A stretch of 64,000 nt of DNA. It comes from an uncultured Chloroflexia bacterium (GTDB taxonomy: Bacteria; Chloroflexota; Limnocylindria; Limnocylindrales; CSP1-4). The position numbers and the translations under genes are program-made. The notes beneath the pieces are model-generated. The model was not told the DNA's origin and ran no database searches. It worked only from the letters and a program-made list of their open reading frames with translations. The stretch lies in NCBI GenBank assembly GCA_963724635.1, contig CAVRVI010000011.1:10054-74053 (forward strand). Reading direction: 5' to 3'. This document shows, piece by piece, positions 28,117 through 37,674 of the stretch (position 1 is the first letter of the stretch; each line of letters starts with the position of its first letter).

Positions 28117-28870
28117 CGGCGCCCTCGACCGGCGGAGCGAGCCGACCGCCTTCGTCGTCGTCGCGGGCGAGCTCGGCGGCCCGGAGCAGGCTCGAGACCG
28201 TCCCGGCGTCCGTCCAATGACCGTCGTAGACGCGGGTGAAGAGCCGGCCGCCGGGGATGTAGTGGTTGAGGACGTCGGTGATCTCGAACTCGCCGCGATC
28301 CGAGGGCGCCAGCCGCTCGATGACGGGGAACGCATCCGGGCGCAGGAAATAGACCCCGATGGGGATGAGGTCGGACTTCGGCTTGGCCGGCTTCTCCTCG
28401 AAGCCGATGACGTGCCCGGCCTCGTCCAGCTCGGCGACGCCGAACCGCTCCGGATCGGGGACGCGATAGAGCAGGGTGCCGGCCCCGTGGGGTCCCGTCT
28501 CGAACTCGCGCGCCGTCTCGGCGAGGGCCGGTCCACGCAGGACGTTGTCGCCCAGGATGCAGCAGAACGCGTCGTCCCCGACGAAGCCGCGGGCGAGCCC
28601 GATGGCGTGGGCGATGCCCTTGGCGCCGGCCTGGTAGCGGTAGGTCAGGTCCAGCCCGAAGTGGCTGCCGTCACCCAGGAGCTCCACGACGTCACCGACG
28701 CTCTTGCCCCCGACGATGACCATGACCTCGCGGATGCCCATCGCCGCCAGCGTCTCGATGGGGTAGTAGATCATCGGCCGGTCGTAGATCGGCAGCAGGT
28801 GCTTGTTGGTGACGATCGTGAGCGGGAATAGTCGAGTCGCGGTCCCGCCGGCCAGCACGATGCCCTTCAC
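28109..28870 (-). CDS. rmlA: Glucose-1-phosphate thymidylyltransferase-type sugar nucleotidyltransferase
   Basis: KGIVLAGGTATRLFPLT..NKHLLPIYDRPMIYYPIETL, ILGDN, GVAELD, EKP. GTG start. Confidence 0.85.
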   Translation of the reverse strand: MKGIVLAGGTATRLFPLTIVTNKHLLPIYDRPMIYYPIETLAAMGIREVMVIVGGKSVGDVVELLGDGSHFGLDLTYRYQAGAKGIAHAIGLARGFVGDDAFCCILGDNVLRGPALAETAREFETGPHGAGTLLYRVPDPERFGVAELDEAGHVIGFEEKPAKPKSDLIPIGVYFLRPDAFPVIERLAPSDRGEFEITDVLNHYIPGGRLFTRVYDGHWTDAGTVSSLLRAAELARDDDEGGRLAPPVEGAGG

Positions 28871-28978
28871 GGCCGGAAGCGTAGCAGCCCGGTCCGCCCG
28901 GGCGTGCCCCGCCGCCTCCTACACTTGCGGGGCGGCCTGGCGTGGGCCGGACCGTGGGATCTCGCGAGAAGGAGCCCG

Positions 28979-29962
28979 GTGGAACGACCAGCCCATGACG
29001 CTGAGACCGGCCATCCCCTGGCCGCGGCCGTCCTGCGCCCGCGACCACAACGGAGCGTGCGGCCATGGGCCGGCCATCGGCTGGGTGCGGATGGGGACCA
29101 GGTCGGCGAACTCTGGCTGGCCGGCCCGGACTCCGTGGTCGAGACCGTTCGGGGATCGCTGACGCTCGACGAGGTGGCCGCCGCGGCCGGGACGGCCTTC
29201 GTCGGCCGCAACGGCATGCGCCTGCTGGGCGCCCGATTCCCGCTGCTCGTGAAGCTCATCGATGCGGCCGAATGGCTGTCGCTGCAGGTCCATCCGGACG
29301 ACGCCCTGGCGGCCGAGCTGTACGGACCGCGGGCGCTCGGCAAGACCGAGGCGTGGGTCATCCTCGACGCCGATCCAGACGCGGAGCTCGTCACCGGCCC
29401 GGGTCCCGGCCTCTCGGCGGACGCGCTGCTCGCGGCCGTCGCCGCTGGCGACCTGGACCGCGACCGGTGCCACGTTGAGCCGTGCACGCCGGGCGAGACC
29501 CGGCTCCTGCGGGCGGGCACGCTGCATGCGATCGGGGCGGGCTGCTTCGTCTACGAGATCGAGCAACCGTCGGACCTGACGTTCCGCATCTCGGATTGGG
29601 GCCGGCCCGAAACACCCGATCGCCCGCTCCATCGTGCCGAATCGGCCCGCGCCGTCCGGCCCGACGCCCGGGCCGAGCTCGTGGGCCGAGGCTGGCAGCT
29701 GGACGGCGGAGCGCTCTCGATCCCGGAGTTCCAGCTGGAACTCGTGGACGGCGTCGGCGCTGGGGGTCGCGGACACGACCGCCGACCCGCCGGGACCAGC
29801 CTCGAGATCGTGACCGCGGTCCGCGGCCAGGTCGAGGTCAGCGGCGAGGGCTGGAACGAGTCCCTCGCCACGTTCGAAACGCTGGTCGTGCCGGCGTCGA
29901 TGGAGGCCTACCGGATCCAGGGAGCCGGCGAAGCGCTGGCCTGCGTGGGCCGCATCCCGTAG
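28979..29962 (+). CDS. manA: Class I mannose-6-phosphate isomerase-like (cupin)
   Basis: RPWAG, GELWL, FPLLVKLIDAAEWLSLQVHPDD, GKTEAW, AGTLHAIGAGCFVYEIEQPSDLTFR. The GTG at 28979 is preceded by GAAGGAG at 4-nt spacing. The ORF-track start at 28904 is less likely. Confidence 0.7.
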   Translation: MERPAHDAETGHPLAAAVLRPRPQRSVRPWAGHRLGADGDQVGELWLAGPDSVVETVRGSLTLDEVAAAAGTAFVGRNGMRLLGARFPLLVKLIDAAEWLSLQVHPDDALAAELYGPRALGKTEAWVILDADPDAELVTGPGPGLSADALLAAVAAGDLDRDRCHVEPCTPGETRLLRAGTLHAIGAGCFVYEIEQPSDLTFRISDWGRPETPDRPLHRAESARAVRPDARAELVGRGWQLDGGALSIPEFQLELVDGVGAGGRGHDRRPAGTSLEIVTAVRGQVEVSGEGWNESLATFETLVVPASMEAYRIQGAGEALACVGRIP

Positions 29963-29975
29963 TCGCCCGGCTCGG

Positions 29976-30980
29976 TCAGGGGCGCTTCGTCGGCGCGCTC
30001 GAGGGCGCGGTCGTCGGCTTCGGCGTCTTCGTCGGGACCGGGGTCGGGTCCAGGCAGGGCTGCTCGCCCTCCGGCAGCGTCCCGTCCTCACCCTCGGTGG
30101 AGCAATCGACCGGCTGCTCCTCGAGGGGCGGCAGACCGCCTTCGTAGTCGAGGATCACGAGCACGTACTCCAGCCGGTCCAGCTCGGCGGCCGGATCCAG
30201 GTAGGCGGTCTGGACGACGCTGTTGGCGTCGCGCCGGACGTCGATGACCTGGCCGATGAGCAAGCCCTTGGGATACGGCGAGCGGACCCCACCGCCAAGC
30301 TCGATCCCGGCCGTCACGACCTCCACGCCCAGGTCGATCTGCTCGCTCGAATCGATCTGGTCCATCACGAGGACCCCGCCCAGCTGGCCGACCACCTGCC
30401 CGGTCGCCGCGGTCGTGACGAGCTGGCCGATCACGGTCGAGGTGGCGTCGGTGAGGAGCACGACCGTCGAGGAATCGGGGCCGACCTCGGTCACCCGGCC
30501 GGCCAGGGCGCCGCCGGCGGAGATCACGACATCGCCGACGTTGATGCCGGCGTTCGTCCCCTTGTCGAGCCCGATCACCCGCCGGAACTCGGACGACTCG
30601 CGGGAGATGACGGTCGCCGCGGCGGTCTCGTAGTCGAAACCGGCGCGGAGCTGGAGGAGCGCGGTCAGCTGCTCGTTCTCGCGGCGGATCTCCTCGAGCC
30701 GCGAGTTCTCCGCGGAGAGCCGGTCGTTCTCGGCACGCAACGAGGTGTTGTCGACGCGCAGCCGGTCGATCTCGCCGATGGCCGTGCCGATGGAGGCGGC
30801 GCCGCTCGCGACGGAGTCGAGGGCACCCTGGATCGGCCGGAAGGCATAGCCGACGCCGTTCTGGACGTCACGCACGGCCGGATTGCCGGAGAACGCCATG
30901 AGCACCAGCGTCACGCCGATCAGGGCCATGAACGCGATGCTGCGGCGGCGGGCGGTGCGCGTGGCGAGCAGACTGGTCAT
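29976..30980 (-). CDS. mreC: Rod shape-determining protein MreC with a C-terminal P/T/E-rich tail
   Basis: N-terminal TM segment, coiled coil (LRAENDRLSAENSRLEE), then GINVGDVVIS..GALAGRVTEV, VVTAG, YPKGLLIGQV. Confidence 0.9.
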   Translation of the reverse strand: MTSLLATRTARRRSIAFMALIGVTLVLMAFSGNPAVRDVQNGVGYAFRPIQGALDSVASGAASIGTAIGEIDRLRVDNTSLRAENDRLSAENSRLEEIRRENEQLTALLQLRAGFDYETAAATVISRESSEFRRVIGLDKGTNAGINVGDVVISAGGALAGRVTEVGPDSSTVVLLTDATSTVIGQLVTTAATGQVVGQLGGVLVMDQIDSSEQIDLGVEVVTAGIELGGGVRSPYPKGLLIGQVIDVRRDANSVVQTAYLDPAAELDRLEYVLVILDYEGGLPPLEEQPVDCSTEGEDGTLPEGEQPCLDPTPVPTKTPKPTTAPSSAPTKRP

Positions 30981-31014
30981 CGGCGGGTCTCGGTCGCCGG
31001 CCTTGCGGCCGGGG

Positions 31015-32067
31015 TCAGCGTGGCGGGCGGGCGTACGTCTCGGCGACGAGGACGCGGTCCATGTTGTCGAGTTCCTGGAGCACGATGCCCGTCCCGCGGG
31101 CGACGCAGGTCAGCGGATCGTCGGCGATGTGGACCGGCATCTGGGTCGCCTCGGCGACGCGCCGGTCCAGGCCGGCCAGCAGGGCGCCACCACCGGCGAG
31201 CACGATGCCCTGGTCCATGATGTCGGCCACGAGTTCCGGCGGCGTCTCTTCGATCGTGTCCTTCACGGTGTCGACGATCTGGGCGACGGACGGCTCGATG
31301 GCTTCGCGGATCTGATCCGCGCCGACTTCCACGCTGCGCGGCAGGCCGGTCAGCAGGTCGCGGCCGCGCAGGGTGACGCGCTGCGCGTCCCAGTCGCCGG
31401 GGTACGCGGACCCGATGGCGATCTTGATGTCCTCGGCCGTGCGCTCGCCCAGGAACAGGTTGTACTCGCGCCGGGCGAACGTGACGATGTCCTGGTCCAT
31501 CTCGTCGCCACCGATGCGGATGGAGCGCGAGACGACGATGCCGCCGAGCGAGATGACCGCGACTTCCGTGGTCCCGCCGCCGATGTCGACGATGAGCGAG
31601 CCGGACGGTTCACTGACCGGCAGACCCGCGCCGATCGCGGCGGCCATGGGCTCCTCGATGAGGCGGGCCCAGCGGGCGCCGGCGTTCAGGGCGGCGTCTC
31701 GGACGGCTCGCTTCTCCACCTCGGTCACGCCCGACGGGATGCCCAGCAGCATGCGCGGCCGCGGGATGAGCCCGATGCGGTCGTGGACCCGGTTCACGAA
31801 GTACTTGAGCATCTGCTCGGTGACGTCGAAGTCGCTGATGACGCCGTCGCGCAGCGGTCGCACCGCGATGATGTTGGCCGGCGTTCGGCCGACCATGCGC
31901 TTCGCCTCCGCGCCGATCGCCAGGACCCGCTTGGTCTTCGCATCGATCGCGACCACCGACGGCTCGCTCATCACGATCCCGCGATCGCGCACGTGGACCA
32001 GGGTGTTGGCGGTCCCGAGGTCGATACCGATGTCGCGGGAGAAGAGTCCGAGCAGGCGGTCGAGCAT
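31015..32067 (-). CDS. mreB: Rod shape-determining actin homologue MreB
   Basis: DIGIDLGTANTLV, VAIDA, VRPLRDGVISDF, IEEPMAAAIGAG, VDIGGGTTEVAVISLGG, LAGGGALL. Confidence 0.95.
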   Translation of the reverse strand: MLDRLLGLFSRDIGIDLGTANTLVHVRDRGIVMSEPSVVAIDAKTKRVLAIGAEAKRMVGRTPANIIAVRPLRDGVISDFDVTEQMLKYFVNRVHDRIGLIPRPRMLLGIPSGVTEVEKRAVRDAALNAGARWARLIEEPMAAAIGAGLPVSEPSGSLIVDIGGGTTEVAVISLGGIVVSRSIRIGGDEMDQDIVTFARREYNLFLGERTAEDIKIAIGSAYPGDWDAQRVTLRGRDLLTGLPRSVEVGADQIREAIEPSVAQIVDTVKDTIEETPPELVADIMDQGIVLAGGGALLAGLDRRVAEATQMPVHIADDPLTCVARGTGIVLQELDNMDRVLVAETYARPPR

Positions 32068-32283
32068 GGTGGAAGGAAGGTCCTCGTCGGTTCGCGGGGT
32101 CGTCGCGGGCGGTCGCGGGCGGAAGGCCTGGCCCGGGGTCGGGGCCGGTATCTCGCCGGGGATGTCGGTCAGGTGGGCCCTGGAAGGCCCCGGCAGTATA
32201 CCCGAGGCTTCCCGGAGGCCCGGTCAGGCGCGACGCCGACGGATATCGTGACGGGGTTCCCCACCCCTGGAGGCCACCCGACC

Positions 32284-33289
32284 ATGACCGCAGCCACGGC
32301 GCCCACCGTCGAGCTTGCCGATGCCCGGATGTCGCTGGGCGCGGCGGGTCTCGACGACCTCTTTCCGGAAGGTGCGGCCTTCCGCCGCTCGCTCCGGACC
32401 TACATCGTCCTGCTCGCGCTGGCGTCGTTCGTGGCGACGTTCGGCCTGTTCCAGGACTCGACGGCATCGATCATCGGCGCCATGGTGATCGCGCCCCTGG
32501 GCGGCGCCATCCTCGCCATCAGCGGCGCGCTCGTCACGGGCCGCACGCGATGGCAGACGATCAGCCTGCTGCAGGTCCTGTTGTCCGCCGCCGCGGTCGT
32601 GGCCATCGCCTTCCTCGTGTCGATGCTCATGCCGGACCTGCTCACCTTGACGCCGGCCCTGGACGCTCGGACCGAGCCGAGCCTCCTCGATCTCGGCGTC
32701 GCCCTGGCCGCTGGAGCGGCCGGTGCCTATGTCGCCGCCCACCGGACCGGCTCCGACGCCCTGCCGGGTGTGGCCATCGCCGTCTCGCTGGTACCGCCGC
32801 TCGCGACGGTCGGCGTGTGCCTGGAGCTGGGCCGCCTCGATGACGCGGCCGGCGCCCTGTTGCTGTTCACCACGAACTTCGCGGCGATCGTGGTCGTCGG
32901 TTGCATCGTGTTCGCCCTGGCCGGTGCTCGACCCCATCCCGAACACGCCGACGAGGCGCGACGACTTCGGGTCGGTTTCGCCATCGCCTTCGTGGCGCTG
33001 GTCCTCATCGCGCTCCCGTTGGCGTGGGGTGCCGTCGCGACCGTGGAGGACCAGGCGACGGCGCTGGAGGGCGCTCCGGTCGTTCGAGCGCTGGATCGGG
33101 GACCGTGACCTGACGGTCACGGACTACAGCATCGACGGCGACCGGATCGAGCTCCTCCTCGCGGGCGCGTCCGTCCCGACCGATGTGCCCGCCCTGGCCG
33201 ATCAGCTGGCCGCCACCCTCGGTCACACGGTGGACCTGACCGTCGAGTACGTGCCGCGGATCCGCGTCGAGGCGGCCGCGCCGGACTGA
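32284..33289 (+). pseudogene. DUF389 (TIGR00341-like) membrane protein, one frameshift near 33065-33090 as sequenced
   Basis: The TM core (GAMVIAPLGGAIL, AIAVSLVPPLATVG, LLLFTTNFAAIVV) is in the frame of ORF 30883..33108. The C-terminal soluble part (ERWIGDRDLTVTDYSIDGDRIELLLAG...VEYVP) is in ORF 32723..33289. Confidence 0.7.
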
Positions 33290-33325
33290 GCCCCTGGACC
33301 GCGCCCACTCGGGTGTCGGGACGGA

Positions 33326-34102
33326 TCACTCCCTGGTCAGCGCGGACGGGGCGGCCGCCCGGGCACTGGGCACCGGTCCGGTCCGGTCGAACGACACGCC
33401 GCGGTCGCGGAGCGACACATACGCGTCGTGGCCGATGATCAGGTGATCCAGCAGGCCGATGTCCAGCAACCGGCCGGCCGCGAGCGCTTCCGCGGTCAGG
33501 TGGAGGTCGTCGGGCGACGGCGTGGGATCGCCGGATGGGTGGTTGTGCACCAGGATCACGCCGGCGGCGTTCAGCCGCACCGCGTCCCGGAAGAGCTCGC
33601 CGACGCGCACGAGCGATGACGAGACGTTGCCCTGATAGACCGTCGGCACGCGCAGGACGTGGTTCTTCGTGTCGAGGAGGACGACCCGCAGCTCCTCGCG
33701 CTCCAGCCGGCCCATCTGGAGGATCAGCCGGTCAGCCACGTCGTGCGGCCCACGGATGGACCAGCGACCGGCGGGCCAATCCGCCATCAGCCGCCGGCCG
33801 AGTTCGAACGCGGCGACCAGCTGGGCCGCCCGCGCGGCACCAACGCCTTCGAGCGAGGCGAGTTCCAGCTCGGTCGCGCGAGCGAGACCGCCCAGCCCGT
33901 CGTGCCGGCTCAGCGCGTCAGCGGCGAGATCCACGGCCGACCGACCACGCGTCCCACTGCCCCATAGCAGGCCGATGAGTTCTGCGGCGGTGAGGCCGCC
34001 AGGTCCGCGCTGGGCAAGCCGCTCCCGGGGCCGCTCCGCGAGCGGCAGCTCCCGGATGGCGTGGCCGCGAGCGGCCGGCGAAGGGCTCCGGGCATCGATC
34101 AC
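33326..34102 (-). CDS. radC: RadC-family JAB/MPN domain protein (UPF0758)
   Basis: RPRERL, ELIGLLWGSG, HhH region (LEGVGAARAAQL), JAMM motif (VHNHPSGDPTPSPDD). The GTG start has GGAGG 5 nt upstream. Confidence 0.9.
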   Translation of the reverse strand: MIDARSPSPAARGHAIRELPLAERPRERLAQRGPGGLTAAELIGLLWGSGTRGRSAVDLAADALSRHDGLGGLARATELELASLEGVGAARAAQLVAAFELGRRLMADWPAGRWSIRGPHDVADRLILQMGRLEREELRVVLLDTKNHVLRVPTVYQGNVSSSLVRVGELFRDAVRLNAAGVILVHNHPSGDPTPSPDDLHLTAEALAAGRLLDIGLLDHLIIGHDAYVSLRDRGVSFDRTGPVPSARAAAPSALTRE

Positions 34103-34304
34103 GCGAACCTCCGGGGCGGGTGGACGGGCATGTGGCGGGAAACGCTGTGGACGAGATGCTGGCGAGGGCGTCCCCGGGGCCCGAACGACGAGAGCCCGCC
34201 AATTCCCCCCGCCATCCGGACCCCGAGGACGACGCAGAGCCTACCCACGAGCGCTCTCCCGACACTCACCGAGGGCTTCGCCGCGACTCACCCCCGTGGC
34301 CGGT

Positions 34305-35411
34305 TCAGAGTCCGCCGCGAAAGGCCGCCTCGCCCAGGATGAGCAGGATCCCGTTGAACGTGGCATGGAGCCCGATCGGCACCCAGATGGAGCGGCTGCG
34401 AAGGAACAGCCAGCCGAGCGCGATAGCCACCGGCAAGCGCGACACGAAGCCGATGACCGCCAGCCCCAGGGCCTGACCGGCGGTCCCGCCGGAGATCGTC
34501 AGGACATGGACGATCGCGAAGAACAGGGCTCCGCGGATCAGGGCGCGGCGCGGCCCGAGATCGGCCGCCCAGGCCGTCGTGGCGAAGCCGCGGAAGAGGA
34601 TCTCCTCGCCGATCGGCGCCACGACCGCCCCGGCGAGCAGGTTGAGGATGAATCCGCTCGTCTCGCCGGTCGGGGGCAGGGGGCTGACGGGGGTCACGGG
34701 GAAGATGGAGCCCAGGATCGCGGCGATCGGGATCGTGACGAGGATGACCGGCGCCGCCCAGATCGCGCCCGAGACGAACTCGCGCCCCGCGCGGACATCG
34801 GGCCAGCGGATCCCCATGGCGCTCCATGACAGCGCACCGGCATCGACCACGAGCAGGCGGATCAGCCCGACGTAGATGAGGGCCTGGACGATGACCGAGG
34901 CGAGTCGCCCGGCCGGTCCGTCCACCGCGATCCCCACCACGGCCATCGGGATGCCAAGGAGGATGACGGCGACGAGCGACGTCGGGATCGACGCCGCGAA
35001 GACCAGCAGTGGCGACGGCCCCAGGTACACGAACCCGCCGCGAGCCCGGCGCTCGATCGACTGCGACCCCGCTCCCGCGATCAGGCCGATCGACAGTACC
35101 GCCAGGCCGCCGACGAGGAGGAACGGGGATGCGCCTCCGCCGCCACCGAGCAGGGCGATGGCGATGGTGACGATCCCCGCGACGGTGGCCAGCCACCCCA
35201 CGACGAAGAGTGCCGGCGCCTGCCGGCCCTCGATGGTGAACGTGCCGGCGCCCGGGCGCGACGCACCGGGGGTTGCGGCCGGCGCGGCCGGGTCCGCAGC
35301 GGCGTCATGCGTCGAGGTCGATAGGACGGAGTCGGGAGCGGGAACGAGGTCGGACCCCTCCGGGTCCACCGGGGACGACGGATCCGGGTTCGCCGGATCG
35401 GACGGGATCAA
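34305..35411 (-). CDS. CPBP family intramembrane glutamic endopeptidase (CAAX/Abi type) with a long N-terminal extension
   Basis: Motif 1 APIGEEILFRG, motif 2 GALFFAIVH, motif 3 IGLHATFNG. The TTG start overlaps the upstream stop. Confidence 0.8.
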   Translation of the reverse strand: MIPSDPANPDPSSPVDPEGSDLVPAPDSVLSTSTHDAAADPAAPAATPGASRPGAGTFTIEGRQAPALFVVGWLATVAGIVTIAIALLGGGGGASPFLLVGGLAVLSIGLIAGAGSQSIERRARGGFVYLGPSPLLVFAASIPTSLVAVILLGIPMAVVGIAVDGPAGRLASVIVQALIYVGLIRLLVVDAGALSWSAMGIRWPDVRAGREFVSGAIWAAPVILVTIPIAAILGSIFPVTPVSPLPPTGETSGFILNLLAGAVVAPIGEEILFRGFATTAWAADLGPRRALIRGALFFAIVHVLTISGGTAGQALGLAVIGFVSRLPVAIALGWLFLRSRSIWVPIGLHATFNGILLILGEAAFRGGL

Positions 35412-36064
35412 CGCTCCGGCAGCGGGTCCTGCGCGGTCGCCGACCGGGCGCTGCTGCGAGCCGAGGTCCGGCCGGAGCGAACGGTCGTCTGGATCGCGGC
35501 CGGCGCCGCCTGGGGCGCGCTCAGCCGGCCCGTGGGCTCGAGACCGGACGGCAGCGGCTCGATCGTGGCGGCGGCCGCCACCTCACGGCGTTCGAAGTCC
35601 TTGCCGCACCAGGCGCACAGCGACCAATCGAGGCCGACAAGACGCGAGCAGTTGGGACAGACCCGGTTGAGCCGCGTCCGGCATGACGGGCAGATGATCC
35701 ATTCGTCGTTGACGCGGCGCTCGCACGTGGGGCAGTGGTGGATGGCCTCCACCTCGGCCAGCAGGGCCTCCTCCGCCAGGTTGCGCTCCCACGTCTCGCC
35801 GATCTTCTCGTGGGGCCGGATGATCTTGTAGACCCAGTAGGCCAGGAGGAAGAAGACGGGGGTCGCGAGGATGATCGTCGCCGCGACGAGGTACGGCAGG
35901 ATCGCGTTGTCCGAACGCTGCTGCATGTCCCGGAACGCCCAGTACGCGGTGGCGACCCACAGCACGATCACGTAGAAGGCGATGAACCGGAGGCCGAACT
36001 GGACGACCGGGCTCCCGATGACGTCGCCGATCGTGTCGGTGATCCCGGAAAGGATCTGATCCAT
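35408..36064 (-). CDS. Two-TM membrane protein with a cytoplasmic double zinc ribbon
   Basis: TM segments FGLRFIAFYVIVLWVATAYW and YLVAATIILATPVFFLLAYW, then HHCPTCERRVNDEWIICPSCRTRLNRVCPNCSRLVGLDWSLCAWCG. Confidence 0.6.
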   Translation of the reverse strand: MDQILSGITDTIGDVIGSPVVQFGLRFIAFYVIVLWVATAYWAFRDMQQRSDNAILPYLVAATIILATPVFFLLAYWVYKIIRPHEKIGETWERNLAEEALLAEVEAIHHCPTCERRVNDEWIICPSCRTRLNRVCPNCSRLVGLDWSLCAWCGKDFERREVAAAATIEPLPSGLEPTGRLSAPQAAPAAIQTTVRSGRTSARSSARSATAQDPLPER

Positions 36065-36458
36065 GCTCTGGCGGTTGCCTCCGTAGGAGTCGAGTCGCTT
36101 CAGCCGCCAGCGTTCGCCCCATCACGGGCGGCGTCGGGCGCAGTGTAGCAGGGGTTCCTGAGGGTCCTGCGACGCGTCGGTGGGGTGTCGACCAGGCTCA
36201 GACGGACCGTATCGGGCGGCCGTGACGGTCCGGGACACCAGCGTCGATGCCGACGTCGATGATCGACGCCGTGCCGCCCGACGGTGCTACCAGCGATCGA
36301 AACCCGGACTTCGGGGCGCCAGGGCCGCCTTCGACGTCGGATGACCCGCCCGACGGCACGATCGACGGCTGAGGCGGCGAGCGGGGCGATCCTGGCCGTC
36401 GTCGTTCGTCGGCAGCGCCGCCCGGCGGCACAACGGCCGGCGGCCCGCGACGAGCCGT

Positions 36459-36951
36459 TCAGGCCGACGGCGCGACGCGGCTTTGTCGGTCCACGACGAT
36501 CGCCCCGATACCGGCGCCGATCGACATCAGCGACCCCAGAGCGGTGGCCATCGCTCCGAGCGAACCGTCCAACGGCCCGACGAGGTACGGCCAGACCAGT
36601 CCGATGAGCAGGGCGCCGACACCGAGCCCCGGGAGACCGATGCCGAGCCAGCCGGCACCCGATCGCGCATGATCGCGGCAGCGAGGATCGGCCAGGAGCC
36701 CGATCACGATGAGGATGTGCCCTGGGCCGGCGAAGCCCCATCGGTCGAAGTAGCCCACGCCGGTCGGCGCCGATGACCGAGATCGCCGACCACGGCAGGA
36801 GGAATCCGACCAGGGCGAGTGCCGTACCCGCGATCGCGAGCCAGCCGACGAACTCGCTCGACTTCGCCCGTTCGGCCGAGGCCTCGTTGGCGTTGTTGGC
36901 CGAGGTCGTGCCGCTCGCGACGGCACCGGCCGCCACGGCCGCGCCGTTCAC
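36459..36951 (-). pseudogene. Small polytopic membrane protein, frameshift near 36765 plus a probable compensated pair at about 36655-36700
   Basis: The N-terminal part (GWLAIAGTALALVGFLLPWSAISVIGAD) is in ORF 36100..36951. The C-terminal part (GVGYFDRWGFAGPGHILIVIGLL...GIGLPGLGVGALLIGLVWPYLVG) is in ORF 36459..36926. An alternative local frame gives AILAAAIMRDRVPAG instead of ADPRCRDHARSGAG. Confidence 0.5.
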
Positions 36952-37628
36952 GGCCGGGTCGTGGCCAGCCCAGGCTCGGGCCGGTGCCGGCGACCGGCGG
37001 GTCGGAGGACCGGCGGCACGTAGGCACCCGGCGTGGGCGCCGCGCCCGGCAAAGGCATGGGTGCCGCCATCGGCGGTGTGGCGACGGTCGCTGTGGCCGC
37101 GACGGGGAGCGGTGGGGCTTCGGCGTCGATCGGCGGGGCAGGGGCCGGCGCCCGGCTGGCGTCGACCGGCTCGGCCTGGATCGGTGGGGCCGCCGCGACC
37201 TGGTCAGGCGCGGCAGGTGCCGGCGGGCCCGGCGCCGGCGCGGCCGGTGCCTGGTTGGCGGCCTGTCGGACCGCGGCCAGCGAGGCCGCGTACGGGGACA
37301 GCCCCGGAGCCGCGGCTGGCGTCTCGATCCGCGGTTCCTCGTCGTCGAAGCTGAGGTCGGTCCCGCCGACCTCGCCGGCTCGGACCAGGTGCTCAGCTGG
37401 CCCTCGACGACGTCGTGGCCGTTCGCCGAGCCATGGTCGCGGCACGACGTTTCGCAGGATGGATGGCGCAGGCGGCGCCGCGACCGGTGCCTCGACGGTC
37501 GCCACCGAGCTCGGTCGACGGACGGCACCCGCCACCGACGCGAGCATCTCGCCACATTCGGGGCAGGACAGGCGGCCATACGGCCACCTTGATCCCGCAC
37601 CCACCGCAGACGATCGACTGCGCACCAT
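36948..37628 (-). pseudogene. Zinc-ribbon protein with a long Pro/Ala-rich tail; the N-terminal knuckle is displaced into another frame (two compensating shifts at about 37570-37625)
   Basis: ATG at 37628. Frame C reads AQSIVCGGCGIKVAV. The ATG frame resumes with YGRLSCPECGEMLAS, then PAAPAPGPPAPAAPDQVAAAPP. The stop overlaps the next gene's start. Confidence 0.5.
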
Positions 37629-37674
37629 TCGGTCTACCTCGTGTCCGGATCGACCCCGCGGGATCGAAGGTCGG

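Noticed and set aside
28871-28978. The ORF-track start at 28904 for the mannose-6-P isomerase-like gene, which would leave only 33 nt of divergent promoter.
   Set aside because: An in-frame GTG at 28979 with a GAAGGAG Shine-Dalgarno 4 nt upstream fits better and leaves a 108-nt divergent intergenic region shared with rmlA.
29976-32067. mreB-mreC without mreD/pbp2/rodA downstream, as a possible unusual elongasome.
   Set aside because: mreD is small and poorly conserved, and the partners are frequently encoded elsewhere. With only this window, absence cannot be established.
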